Assembly: GCA_965202665.1 (NCBI GenBank)
Contig: OZ241841.1
Coordinates: forward strand, 1,184,001-1,248,000
DNA length: 64,000 bases
Origin: Candidatus Spongiisociaceae bacterium
Lineage (GTDB): Bacteria; Actinomycetota; Acidimicrobiia; Spongiisociales; Spongiisociaceae
Direction: 5' to 3'
Part shown: piece after piece, positions 41,701-50,599 of the stretch
How positions within the stretch are numbered: position 1 is the first letter of the stretch
How the letters are laid out: every line of letters begins with the position of its first letter
Translations under genes and position numbers: made by a program
The notes under the pieces: model-generated
Seen by the model: the letters and a program-made list of their open reading frames with translations, nothing else
What the model was told of the DNA's origin: nothing
Databases searched by the model: none

Positions 41701-42906
41701 TTCCCCGAAAGTCGCCGCGTCGTCCATGCTGTAGGAGTCCCCTTCGAAACCGGGGGCCTCTATCTTCTTCCTCTGCCGAGCGGTGAACACACGAGGGGTG
41801 GCCGTCATATACAAACGCTTGCTACCCCGGATGTGGGCGTCTTCGTGCACTATGCGGAACGGGGACACCCCCAGCCCTTCTTTGGATTCTTCGATGCCGG
41901 TGGTGCGGTGCGCCTCATCGCAGATAATCAAATCAAACCCCCACCCCTCCGCGGCCCGCTGTTGCGCCTCGGCAATTTTGGGGGAGGACTGATACGTGGA
42001 AAACACCACCTGCATCGAATCCCCCGACACCGGCTTAGACAACTCTTTAGCCAGCCGCGCCGGGTCGGTGGTTACCGGAATAGCCAACTCAGTTAAATCA
42101 CCGGCTATGTCCGCCTGCGCCGAGCCCTTCCGCCCCGCCGTGGTATCCGAGCACACCCCCAGATAACGTAGCGGCATTTCCCGTTGCCGGGACCATTCCC
42201 TCATCGTCTGCCCAATCAACGCAATCGACGGCACCAAATACAACACCCGGCCACCCAACCCCGCCACCTTCTCCGCCGCCCGCAACGCCACCAACGACTT
42301 ACCCGTCCCACACGGCAAAATCAACTGCCCCCGATCCACATCCCGAAACTTCTTCGCAATATCCCGCACCGCGTCCTTCTGAAACCCATACAACCGATGC
42401 TTAGGAGCCGGTGCGATCTCCAGCAGGTCGGGGGTTTCCGCGAACTCCCGCCAGTCATCCACCCACCGGTCCATCTCACTGGTATGCAACACCTCGCACC
42501 GCGGCTCCGCCTTACGCAACTTCGCCAACCCTGTCCGGGAAACCCGCGCCGTCGCCACTAACAGGCGCGATGCAAAATCAACCGTGCCCGACGCGCCCAA
42601 GAAACTGTCCACACCGGCGGTGGAAACCTCCTTTTCCCGGAACTTGCATTGAATGGCGCACAACCCGCCCCCGTAAGCCGGGGTCTGGCGGGCCACAATA
42701 TCAACCCCGATATCCCGCCCGTATCCCCGTTCTTCCCGTTCCGGCCACTCACTCCACAACCACACCTCCTCAAACCGCTCCCGCCCGTACTCACCCGGAT
42801 GAGCGCGCAACGCACCCGCCACCAACCGCTCAAACCGCCTCCCCTGAACCACCGACTTCGGATCATCCGCCACCAAACCTCGCAACACCTCCTGCAAATA
42901 CGGCAT
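38659..42906 (-). CDS. Split Type ISP R-M enzyme copy B; as assembled it ends in its own tip (PDLNQGGGGARVFTRWRF*)
   Basis: Same motif set (AIQCK, LPCGTGKS, DEAHRTTG, DAFAGTG, SNPPW); close paralog of copy C; internal G11 at 41303-41313. Confidence 0.9.
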   Translation of the reverse strand: MPYLQEVLRGLVADDPKSVVQGRRFERLVAGALRAHPGEYGRERFEEVWLWSEWPEREERGYGRDIGVDIVARQTPAYGGGLCAIQCKFREKEVSTAGVDSFLGASGTVDFASRLLVATARVSRTGLAKLRKAEPRCEVLHTSEMDRWVDDWREFAETPDLLEIAPAPKHRLYGFQKDAVRDIAKKFRDVDRGQLILPCGTGKSLVALRAAEKVAGLGGRVLYLVPSIALIGQTMREWSRQREMPLRYLGVCSDTTAGRKGSAQADIAGDLTELAIPVTTDPARLAKELSKPVSGDSMQVVFSTYQSSPKIAEAQQRAAEGWGFDLIICDEAHRTTGIEESKEGLGVSPFRIVHEDAHIRGSKRLYMTATPRVFTARQRKKIEAPGFEGDSYSMDDAATFGERFYEMEFSEAVEGGYLSDYEVLVITASAEAYLQSLANADFAHEMIVREDTNLALDDTVKLAGCWDALATPATTGVLPGRFPGQIFPEGGEPARSAIAFTNRVRTSQTAAMVWPKVVGALTRQRGDLVGNGGGGGENRFLRLDVNHIDGSTPAAERTDLLEQLRGRAGGGGESGRPVCRILSNARVLTEGVDVPSLDAVLFLNSRTSTVDITQAVGRAMRTAPGKRKGYIIIPVVVPEDADPQKMLEASDFQTVWEVVRALRSHDSRMEHYVSNASAWKKNAPLRVVTCRLGRDVEEEGYDERVQHQLQFQLSQEIASKVVEIIGDKQMYPRWGVHAADICRQVQTRINHLIAEGGPAENAFQRFLKGIRQSVGNHVTLEQAQEMIAQHVVTIPVFNVMLAESGFSEQNPVSKEIERLLKKFRKLNVSFEEELRPLTRAYRQMEAAFAGAVSSVEKVDILREIYEGFFQAAMKKTVKRVGIVYTPVQIVDFMIRSAAAICQKEFRRSIGSENIHILDAFAGTGTFISRLIEMKDEDGNYLISTEDLDRKYQQELHVNEFILLPYYIAALKIEESKHFRDGEKSDSKVKYDPFKKIVFTDTLLASPEQEGFDVLGDNIRVRLEQDATPMTVIISNPPWSSGQKLAGDDNPNLEYHDVGLRVEKTYGAKHKEVVGQSPGGNAMGNLYVKALRWCTDRILPNTQRGDHPAIVGLVHPNSLADGTSLAGVRGTLRDEFTDIYVINLRGNAFKQGDERQREGDTVFGEGTRNGVQITFLVRNPSKDISQPANLHYAQVPDYMSLDDKWEWLEKIWDVTSSQLEEVPVNPRHDWVNLSDGTFDNLLAVCDIQKENGQVAVAKHARGVTTTCDTYVYSFSREMLIQKVKRLIDIYDRTLDLVEIHGEDIGEVTANTRLDAIKWTDTLKGSLRKGRRIVFDEGRIRQVLYRPYTKLWLYEDDLILSSVKTVSAMFPREAEVEGIDVASGSMRGASDNLSAAGVVPDLNQGGGGARVFTRWRF

Positions 42907-43595
42907 TACCGCTGGCCTTCCAACGAGGGGGGCAGGCCGGCGATTATCTCCGCCGAACGGACGCTCACATAAACCAACCGCCGCAAATGGCGAATCAACT
43001 CATACGGATCCTTCTCCCACCGCCACCACCCATTCGGATCATCAGTGATGCCAGACGGCTTATCATGCTTATGCCGTAGGCTGTCGATGGCCCAATCCAA
43101 CGGCGACCGGCCCGACACCGTATACTCCTGAGCCCGCTCCGGGATGCCAACCAACCGGCACCGGTCGTTGATATGCAACACGGTGCGGTCAACCTTCCCC
43201 TTGCCGTCCTCGCCTTTGGCCCGCTCCCACCGCATCTTCTTCTTAATCCGGTAGTCCTCCGGGTCGGGGGAACCGTCCACCACAACTTCCACCCCTTCAT
43301 ATTCGGGACAGGTCTCGTATCCGATGTGCAAATCCATCAGTTCCCGCCCCGCCGCCCGGAAGGCCTCAAAGTCGGCGGCCAAAGGCACCCGGGGCAAATT
43401 GCGTTGCAAATCGTTGCGGTAGCGTTTCCGCCAGTCGGGGGCGTGCATCACCCCGTACAGATACTCCCAAATGTCATCTTTGGTAATGGAAGGGTCCTCA
43501 TAGCGGGTTTGGAACTCGTTCAGACACCAGTCAGTGATGTTGTCGGTGTCCTCCGTCATACCCTCCAAGCCCAAACCCTGGTCCTGGCCCATCAT
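42906..43595 (-). CDS. Stand-alone Type ISP C-terminal domain (copy 1)
   Basis: Near-identical to 36506-37207; AGGAGG RBS; TAATG overlap with copy B. Confidence 0.88.
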   Translation of the reverse strand: MMGQDQGLGLEGMTEDTDNITDWCLNEFQTRYEDPSITKDDIWEYLYGVMHAPDWRKRYRNDLQRNLPRVPLAADFEAFRAAGRELMDLHIGYETCPEYEGVEVVVDGSPDPEDYRIKKKMRWERAKGEDGKGKVDRTVLHINDRCRLVGIPERAQEYTVSGRSPLDWAIDSLRHKHDKPSGITDDPNGWWRWEKDPYELIRHLRRLVYVSVRSAEIIAGLPPSLEGQR

Positions 43596-43889
43596 TCCGG
43601 CAAACCCTCCCTCCTCCTACGCCCCCCGCCCGGGGGAACGCCCTATCCTACCCCGGCGTTTCCGCACCCGCCAAATTTTTTTCAAACCTGCTCGAGCCCA
43701 CCCTCCCACCCCCCGCCCACCCACCCGAAAATATAAAGCACTTTTTCGGTTTCAACAAGGGGGTCGTTTCCGGAGGATGGCAAAAGCCCTGCTAGAAGGG
43801 CTTTTTTGGCTAAGAATATTTTTCGCGAGGCGGGATTCTAAAACAAACACACCATTCAGGGCTAGAACAATCTACTCCTCCGACCTCGT

Positions 43890-44506
43890 TCAAAAACGGG
43901 GAAGGGCGCGGGTGGCAGGGTCTATCACGTGCAGGTCGGGCAAAGTGTCTGTTGCTAAAACGGCCGGGCGAGCCCGGTTGGAAGGAGCCACAATCAGAAT
44001 CGCCTCCACCGAGGCAGAACCCGGGTGGGGCGGCCCGACGCGAGCACCGCGAACGGCAACCGCTGGGGCTGATTGGCCAAGACCGATCCCACCCGCTACC
44101 TCCAGCGCAGTATCACCCGCGTCTGCTGACCGGCCGCCATCGTATGCAAATCCGGAAGCCACCCCGTCGCCAACACCCCCGCCCTCGCCATATTCGACGG
44201 ACCCGTAAACATCAGCCCCGTCGCCGGGGAACGACCCGGCAGGCCTGCTGAGTTCCCACCGCGCAGAGATCGCTGATGACCTGGGCTGCGAGAGTCCCGA
44301 AGACTGCCTTGTTCGACGGACAGGTGATGAGAATTCTTGGCTCCCCCCCCCCCCGCTACCTCTAGCGCGGTATCACCCTCGTCTGTTGCGAACCCTTGAT
44401 CGCCGCCAGGTCCGTCAGCCATGCCGCCGCCAGGGCCTGGAAAATCATATTGTTGCCGTTGCTGATCAGAATCACCTTCGCGTGACGACCCTTGCCCCCC
44501 CCCCCC
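43890..44506 (-). repeat. Array A: four intact TRD-tip cassettes plus one deleted remnant, two poly-G tracts (44495-44506 G12, 44343-44354 G12)
   Basis: VILISNGNNMIFQALAAAWLTDLAAIKGSQQTRVIPR*, ILITCPSNKAVFGTLAAQVISDLCAVGTQQACRVVPRRRG*, LMFTGPSNMARAGVLATGWLPDLHTMAAGQQTRVILRWR*, a cassette 4/5 chimeric remnant, AILIVAPSNRARPAVLATDTLPDLHVIDPATRALPRF*. Confidence 0.85.
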
Positions 44507-47500
44507 TAACTGAGTTAAGATCTGGTTGCACATCGTGCGCGATGGGGGTATCGACTGTACCTCGACCGGATCCGCTGGTGAAAGAAACCGCTTCAGTGAT
44601 TTCGCTATGGGGGAACAGTCGGGATGCGCTTCTCACCGATGATAAAATACGGTCATCCTCGTACAACCATAGTTTAGTAAACGGCCGATACAGTACTTGG
44701 CGGATACGAGCAGGGTCAAATACTATTTTTCTGCCTCTTCGCAGTGAATCTTGGATACGGGCAATGCTCCGTAGATATAGTGAATCCTCCACCAACTTCT
44801 CAATCCATTGTTTAGTTGGATGAGTATGGTTTCTTACTTGCAGAAGATACGCATCGTATTCGTCTAATAAATCTCTTATTTTATCTTCCAGGGCTTGCCG
44901 ATTGTATGAGTAGGCCATGAAATCACAGGCGGTAGCTATTCCCAGCGCACTCTTTTGAGAAACTGCTGGTTCTTGATTTGCACCTACAGTGCATATAGGC
45001 ACCATTTTTTCATATGTTCCATCAGACAGGTTTACCCAATCATGTTTTGAGGTCACCGGTACTTCTTTCAATTGATCACTGGTTATATCGCCTAGAAACT
45101 CTAGCCAGTCCCACTTTTGATTTAGTTTTAGGTAATCCGGCACTTGAGCGTAACGGAGAATGGCAGGCCCTTTCAAGTCCTTGCGAGGATTTCGAACCAA
45201 AAATGTTATCTGTGTCCCAAGCATGGCACCAGCTCCGAACACTTTGTCTCCTTCTTTTTGCCATTCTTCACCCGCTTTTTTGGCATTACCTCGTAGGTTA
45301 ACTACATAGATATCAGTAAATTCATCACGAAGAGATGCTCTCATTCCAGCTAAACTGGTCGCATCAGTTAAAGAATTGGGGTGAACAAAACCAATCATTT
45401 TCCCTCGGTTAGCAGGTTCTTTATCTAGTTGATCGGTTGCCCATCTTATAGCCTGTACAAATAAGTTTCCAGCGGCATTTCCACCAAGTCTTAGACCAAG
45501 AGCTTTATGAGATTTATTATAAGTTTCCCTAACTCGCTCTGCTACTTTAGGGAACTGTAATTTGCCAACTTGTCCAGTTCTATTGGCCCCAGAACCCCAA
45601 GGTGGGTTACTAAAAATAATATCCACAGGAGTCTGATCCAAACGGGCCGCTCTTCCAACATTACCCTCAGCATCATCTAATTCGCGTTGTTGACCCCGTC
45701 CACCCCCCAAATTGCCGGAAAGGAAAGTATTCTGCAAAACCAGCCCCTCCCAGGGTTGGTAGTCAGGATCCTGTTCATCACGCCGGTTAATTCTCTTTCG
45801 GTAAGTTTCCTCCACTTGGAGGGCGGAAACATAGTATGCGAGCATAACGATTTCTGATCCATGCATATTTTTCCATACATTCTCTAGCGCGTTGTCGGGT
45901 ACAATAGGTTTTCCATCCCTGCCAAAGGCATCTAGTAAACGCGTGGGGAAGGTACCGGTTCCACAGAACGGATCATAGAACTGAACATATTGATCAGAAA
46001 TATGAACACCAAATTCTTTTTCACAGATAGCGGCAGCCGATTTAATAATAAAATCAACTATTTGAATAGGTGTGTAGACTATACCAAGTTGTTTTATCGC
46101 GTTAGGCATAGCTTCCTTAAAGAATCCATCATATATTTCCCGAAGGACATCTACCTTTTTATCGGCATCTCCAGCTGCATCAAACACCTCTTTCATGCGA
46201 TCATAAGCTCGTTGCAGAGGTGCACAATCACCTTGAAAATTTATTCCCTGCATTTCCAGCGTTTTGCGAAGAGTGTCAATACGTCGACTAATAGGATTCA
46301 CCTGTGCAAAATGCCCGTGGAACATTGCATCGAAAACGGGAATAGTTACAATATGTTGAGCGACCATTTCTTCGGTACTATCGGGATCAACCTGACCACC
46401 CATTACCTTCCCTAACTCATAAACTAACTCTTCAAATGCTTGTTGACACACCGGATCGGTAAGAGAAGATTTTAGTCGCGAGCGAACGTCGGCGCAAACC
46501 TTTGCCGCCTGCTGACCCCATCGAGGCCACATTTTCTTGTCTCCAACTTTATCTACTATTACCGATGCCAACTGCTGGGTGAGTTGAAATCGCAACTGTT
46601 CCACTTCCCGTTGGGTTCGTTTGGTTTTTTTCCCATTGCCAATAACCCTTACATTGAACTTGCCTTTTAGCTGGCATATATCGGGGTCGGACACCCAATA
46701 GTCAACGCGGTCATCGTGCGATCGTAAAGCGCGAACAACGTTGGCTACGTTGGCGAATTCGCTTTGTGCAAGTTTCCGGTTAGGATCTTCTTCTTGCTCA
46801 TCTATCACAACGGGAATAACTATGTGCCCTTTAGTTTTGTGATCAGTGGTACGCATCGCCCGCCCTACCGCTTGAGTAATGTCTACTTCCGATGTTTTAG
46901 GATCTAAGAAAATAACCGCATCTAGGCCGGGAACGTCTACCCCTTCAGTTAGAACTTTCACATTTGTCAAAATCTCACAAATGGGCGATTCCGCATCCTC
47001 ATCTGTTGTCGGTGGTGCATTAGTAACAGTTCGCAACCGGCTTATACGTTTAGTGCGTTCCGCAGCGGGAGTATTGCCATCCACATGATTGACTTTTAAC
47101 TGAAGATAACGGTTAGGTTCTTCGTCAATAGCCGATTGGCGGGAAGCCAGCTCCGCCCATACCATGGCTACTTCTCGGCTTCGGGGAATTTTGTTAGCGT
47201 AAAGCAGGGCGGTACGGGTGGGCCACCCTAATTTTATATCTGTTTTTCCGGCAGGGCGGTGAGGGTCCACCTTTTCAGAATATGGTGTGGACAGGGCATC
47301 CCAAGCACCAGCTAATCGTACTCCATCGCTTAATGACAAGGCTGGCTCTCGCTCTCCAGTTTCAGGGTTTTTCTTACCTTGAGGTTCGTAACCCGGTATG
47401 TCCGCCCATTCCATACCTATATGATCGGAATGGGCCGCCTGCCATCGAAAGCCACGACTAGCTGCTACTACATGTATCTGATAGTCAGACAGAACCGGGC

Positions 47501-48767
47501 GACCATCCGTACGTAGGTTGATCTTCTCTGAAGTTTTACTATCAATCCTTTTACCATCCACAGCCTCCGCGAAAGACAGCTTATAGAAGACCGGCCCGAA
47601 CACACCTTCATCATCCATAGAATAAGATTGCCCATCATAATGCTTATTTTCTATACGACTCTTTTGATGTTCAGTAAAAACCCGGGGGGTAGCGGTCATA
47701 AAAAGCCTTTTGCGACAAGGGATTTGATCATTGCTCAAACCAGTCTGAAATAAGCTACCTTCAGTTTTGTTAATGCCGGTAGTTCGATGCGCCTCATCAA
47801 AAAATGCTAAATCGAACATAAACCCTGGAATAGATTTGATAGATTCTGCGACCATCGGTGACGACTGATATGTACAGAATACGGCTCGCGTCGTTCTCTT
47901 CGCAATGGGCTTTTTAAGAGCGATCGTTAGATGATTGGGATCAGTAGTTACAGGAGCAAATAGTTCGGTGAGCCGACGACGGTCTTCACGACCAACAGAA
48001 CTATCGGAACACACCGCCAAAAACTCTAGCGGCAGAGTTTTGTTGGCGGACCATTCTTTCATACTTTGATCCATCAATGCTAAAGAAGGTACTAGAAATA
48101 ATACAGTTGCTCCCCCCCCCCCCCGTTCCGTCGCCCATAACGAGACTAGCGTCTTTCCGGTACCACATGGCAAAATTAGCTGTCCTCGATCAAAGTCTCT
48201 AAACCCATTATATATTTTATCGATAGCGTCCCGTTGAAATGGATGCGGAGTTTTTGGATGGCTTCGGATAACTAACTTGTTAGGCTCGTCGATAAGAGTA
48301 CGCCAGTCTTCCACCCACCCGTCCATTTCAACAGTGTGCAGAACCTTCCCATCTCGATGGCGGTGTAATGCTTCCTCCCCTTTTCGAGAAACCGGAGCGG
48401 TGGCCACCAACAAAATAGACCGGAACAGATCCGATGAAGGGCGGGAATGTGTGATAAAACGGTCCACCGCTCTGGTAGATATCTCGTTGCGATGAAACTT
48501 GCACTGAACAGCGCACAGGCCGCCACCGTACGCATCGGTTTGCTCCGCCACCAAATCTATACCATCGTCGCCAGCCGCGTACCCGTGCCTCTCCCGATCC
48601 GGCCACTCCCCCCACAACCAAACGTCCCGGAACCGATCCTTGCCCCATTCTCCCGGGTGGGCTAGAAAGGCGGCTTTAACTAATTCCTCAAAGTCACGAC
48701 CTTTTTCCACGGCGGTTGCCGTACGGTCTTCTATCATCTCCAATGCCTCAGTCAAATAACCCATCAT
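44472..48767 (-). CDS. Split Type ISP R-M enzyme copy A (divergent); ends PDLNSVRGGGARVVTRR*
   Basis: AAGGAGG RBS before MMGY; DDGIDLVA...AVQCK, LPCGTGKT, DEAHRTTG, DPFCGTG, SNPPW; internal G13 at 48112-48124. Confidence 0.9.
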   Translation of the reverse strand: MMGYLTEALEMIEDRTATAVEKGRDFEELVKAAFLAHPGEWGKDRFRDVWLWGEWPDRERHGYAAGDDGIDLVAEQTDAYGGGLCAVQCKFHRNEISTRAVDRFITHSRPSSDLFRSILLVATAPVSRKGEEALHRHRDGKVLHTVEMDGWVEDWRTLIDEPNKLVIRSHPKTPHPFQRDAIDKIYNGFRDFDRGQLILPCGTGKTLVSLWATERGGGGATVLFLVPSLALMDQSMKEWSANKTLPLEFLAVCSDSSVGREDRRRLTELFAPVTTDPNHLTIALKKPIAKRTTRAVFCTYQSSPMVAESIKSIPGFMFDLAFFDEAHRTTGINKTEGSLFQTGLSNDQIPCRKRLFMTATPRVFTEHQKSRIENKHYDGQSYSMDDEGVFGPVFYKLSFAEAVDGKRIDSKTSEKINLRTDGRPVLSDYQIHVVAASRGFRWQAAHSDHIGMEWADIPGYEPQGKKNPETGEREPALSLSDGVRLAGAWDALSTPYSEKVDPHRPAGKTDIKLGWPTRTALLYANKIPRSREVAMVWAELASRQSAIDEEPNRYLQLKVNHVDGNTPAAERTKRISRLRTVTNAPPTTDEDAESPICEILTNVKVLTEGVDVPGLDAVIFLDPKTSEVDITQAVGRAMRTTDHKTKGHIVIPVVIDEQEEDPNRKLAQSEFANVANVVRALRSHDDRVDYWVSDPDICQLKGKFNVRVIGNGKKTKRTQREVEQLRFQLTQQLASVIVDKVGDKKMWPRWGQQAAKVCADVRSRLKSSLTDPVCQQAFEELVYELGKVMGGQVDPDSTEEMVAQHIVTIPVFDAMFHGHFAQVNPISRRIDTLRKTLEMQGINFQGDCAPLQRAYDRMKEVFDAAGDADKKVDVLREIYDGFFKEAMPNAIKQLGIVYTPIQIVDFIIKSAAAICEKEFGVHISDQYVQFYDPFCGTGTFPTRLLDAFGRDGKPIVPDNALENVWKNMHGSEIVMLAYYVSALQVEETYRKRINRRDEQDPDYQPWEGLVLQNTFLSGNLGGGRGQQRELDDAEGNVGRAARLDQTPVDIIFSNPPWGSGANRTGQVGKLQFPKVAERVRETYNKSHKALGLRLGGNAAGNLFVQAIRWATDQLDKEPANRGKMIGFVHPNSLTDATSLAGMRASLRDEFTDIYVVNLRGNAKKAGEEWQKEGDKVFGAGAMLGTQITFLVRNPRKDLKGPAILRYAQVPDYLKLNQKWDWLEFLGDITSDQLKEVPVTSKHDWVNLSDGTYEKMVPICTVGANQEPAVSQKSALGIATACDFMAYSYNRQALEDKIRDLLDEYDAYLLQVRNHTHPTKQWIEKLVEDSLYLRSIARIQDSLRRGRKIVFDPARIRQVLYRPFTKLWLYEDDRILSSVRSASRLFPHSEITEAVSFTSGSGRGTVDTPIAHDVQPDLNSVRGGGARVVTRR

Positions 48768-48925
48768 CGCTCCTCCTTGTCCTCCTGTTCCTAATGTCCC
48801 TTGGCAATAGCAGTGCTTCCACGACGGACGCGGATCTCGCCAAAAAACCAACCGGTGGCATTGTGTTCCCCGTCAATCCCTCCAGCCACAGCCTAGTAAT
48901 ATTCATTATACCATCTCTTCTTAAT

Positions 48926-50599
48926 TCAACCCAGACCGCAGACGGTTTCCTCGGTTGCTTGGTCTATTTTTTTTAGGTCTGAGTCGTCGTTTAGCAGCTC
49001 CCAGCGTAGGAGGGAGAGTGGGAGGTTGCCGTTTTGCCATAGGAAATCGTGGAATGAACGCAACGAGAAGTTTTTCCCCTGCGCTTGTTTGGCGTCGTGC
49101 AGCAGGCGTATTATTTCCAGTTTGCCCACCATGTAGCTCATCGCCAGGCCGGGGCAGGCTACGTAGAGGGCGGTTTCCTCCAAGGCGGTTTGTTCGTCGA
49201 TGGGGATCATCTTCATAAACGTCTCGACGCCTTCGGCGGGGGAGATTTCGCCGGTCACCAAACCCACGTCCACGATGGTGCGCAGGCACCGCAGGCGGTT
49301 CATGTTGTGGACGGCCTGTTGTGACCAGGGGGCGTCGTCGAACAGGCCCGCCTGCAGCATCATCTCCTCGTTGTAAAAAGCGATGCCCTCGTTGGGAACG
49401 GAATCGTAGTAGCGGCGGCGGAGCGGGTTGGGGTGCGCCCAGGAGGTGGTCAGTTGTTTGAAATGGGCTCCCTCGTGCACGATTCCCAGCCGGGGATCAT
49501 GCGCGTTGGCGTAGGCGAAATACTGCAGTTCCCCCGCCGGGGAGATGGTGTAGGACACCCCGTCCTGGTGCAAGCGCAGGTCGGAGGTCAGGTCGTTGAA
49601 CACCCCCAGCCAGCGCAACCGCTCCACATAGGGGGGCATCACCGCCGTGTGATAACGGCGCAACGCGTCCGGTTGCGACAGCAGGTCGTGCCGCTCGTAG
49701 AATTCCCGCACCTCCTGTTCGTTCCGTATCTGGGTTTCCACCTGTTCTTCGGCGGAGGCGGCCCGCGTCGGGCCCGACCGGGTCCGGTTGCGGTTGGCGG
49801 CCATCTCCTCCCAGACCGAAGCCCGTTCCAGTTCCCGCCGGGCGTTTAGGAGCAGGACTTCCGGTTGATGGGGCAACAGCGCCACATTGCGCAGATACCA
49901 CAGGAAAGCCTCCCGCCCCACCGGTTCGGCGGAGGGCATCTGCGGCAGAAAACCGGCCAGCCACTCCCGGAAGCCGACCAGGGCCCGAGCGGCGACCTCC
50001 CCCCGGGCCGCCAATTCGGAGCGGGCGGCGCCGTCGAAAAGGGGGGACAGCGCCTCCAGGGCCTGCGGCAGGTCGGAGTCTATGTTGCGCAGCAGTTTCA
50101 AAGCCAACTCGGCCAGTTGCCGGGTTCCCGCCCGGGACAGGTTTTCCCGGGCGGTCTCCAACTGCCCGCCCACGTAGTCCAGTCGGAACAGGACGCCCTC
50201 CTGCCGTTCCCGGTCGAAAGGCGGCAACGGCAACATCAGGTCGTAGGCCGGCCCCAGGGCCTGATGCAGTTGCATGACCGCGTCCCGCTCCCAGCCCGCC
50301 AGCCTCCCCACCTCCCATTCCACCCGGCGGATGGCGGAACCCACCAGCCGGTAATCCACTTGCGTTCCCACCGGGGCGCCCGCCGCGTCCAAACTCCGCC
50401 AGCGTTCCAGAAACTCCCCGGCCCGGGCCAGCCGTTCCCGCGCCGAAGCCCGGTCGAAGCGGGGCCGCCAGTCCGGGGGATGATCCACGCGGGGGATGTC
50501 GTCGGCGCTGCGGAAAGAAGAGGCGATCCGCCACTCCCAAAACTCTTCCCCCAGTTCCCGCACCGCCTGATGCGGATCGGGCGCCGGACCCCCGTTCAC
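48926..50599 (-). CDS. DUF885 family protein (HExxH-like)
   Basis: VHEGAHF.Q, NEGIAFYNEE, R.IVDVGL, PG.A.SY.VGKLEI, FSLRSFHD.L...G.LP; GTG start overlaps the hydantoinase B stop. Confidence 0.82.
   Translation of the reverse strand: MNGGPAPDPHQAVRELGEEFWEWRIASSFRSADDIPRVDHPPDWRPRFDRASARERLARAGEFLERWRSLDAAGAPVGTQVDYRLVGSAIRRVEWEVGRLAGWERDAVMQLHQALGPAYDLMLPLPPFDRERQEGVLFRLDYVGGQLETARENLSRAGTRQLAELALKLLRNIDSDLPQALEALSPLFDGAARSELAARGEVAARALVGFREWLAGFLPQMPSAEPVGREAFLWYLRNVALLPHQPEVLLLNARRELERASVWEEMAANRNRTRSGPTRAASAEEQVETQIRNEQEVREFYERHDLLSQPDALRRYHTAVMPPYVERLRWLGVFNDLTSDLRLHQDGVSYTISPAGELQYFAYANAHDPRLGIVHEGAHFKQLTTSWAHPNPLRRRYYDSVPNEGIAFYNEEMMLQAGLFDDAPWSQQAVHNMNRLRCLRTIVDVGLVTGEISPAEGVETFMKMIPIDEQTALEETALYVACPGLAMSYMVGKLEIIRLLHDAKQAQGKNFSLRSFHDFLWQNGNLPLSLLRWELLNDDSDLKKIDQATEETVCGLG

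Noticed and set aside
31538-44506. Invertase shufflon or integron explanation for the cassettes
   Set aside because: All cassettes are in direct orientation and the same order in three arrays. I found no conserved recombination site at the junctions and no recombinase nearby. Occasional deletion or conversion is not excluded.
31758-48767. Copies A-C as simple truncated pseudogenes
   Set aside because: All catalytic motifs are intact over ~1400 codons, all three end at the same structural point, and the missing domain is present as an intact gene with its own RBS.
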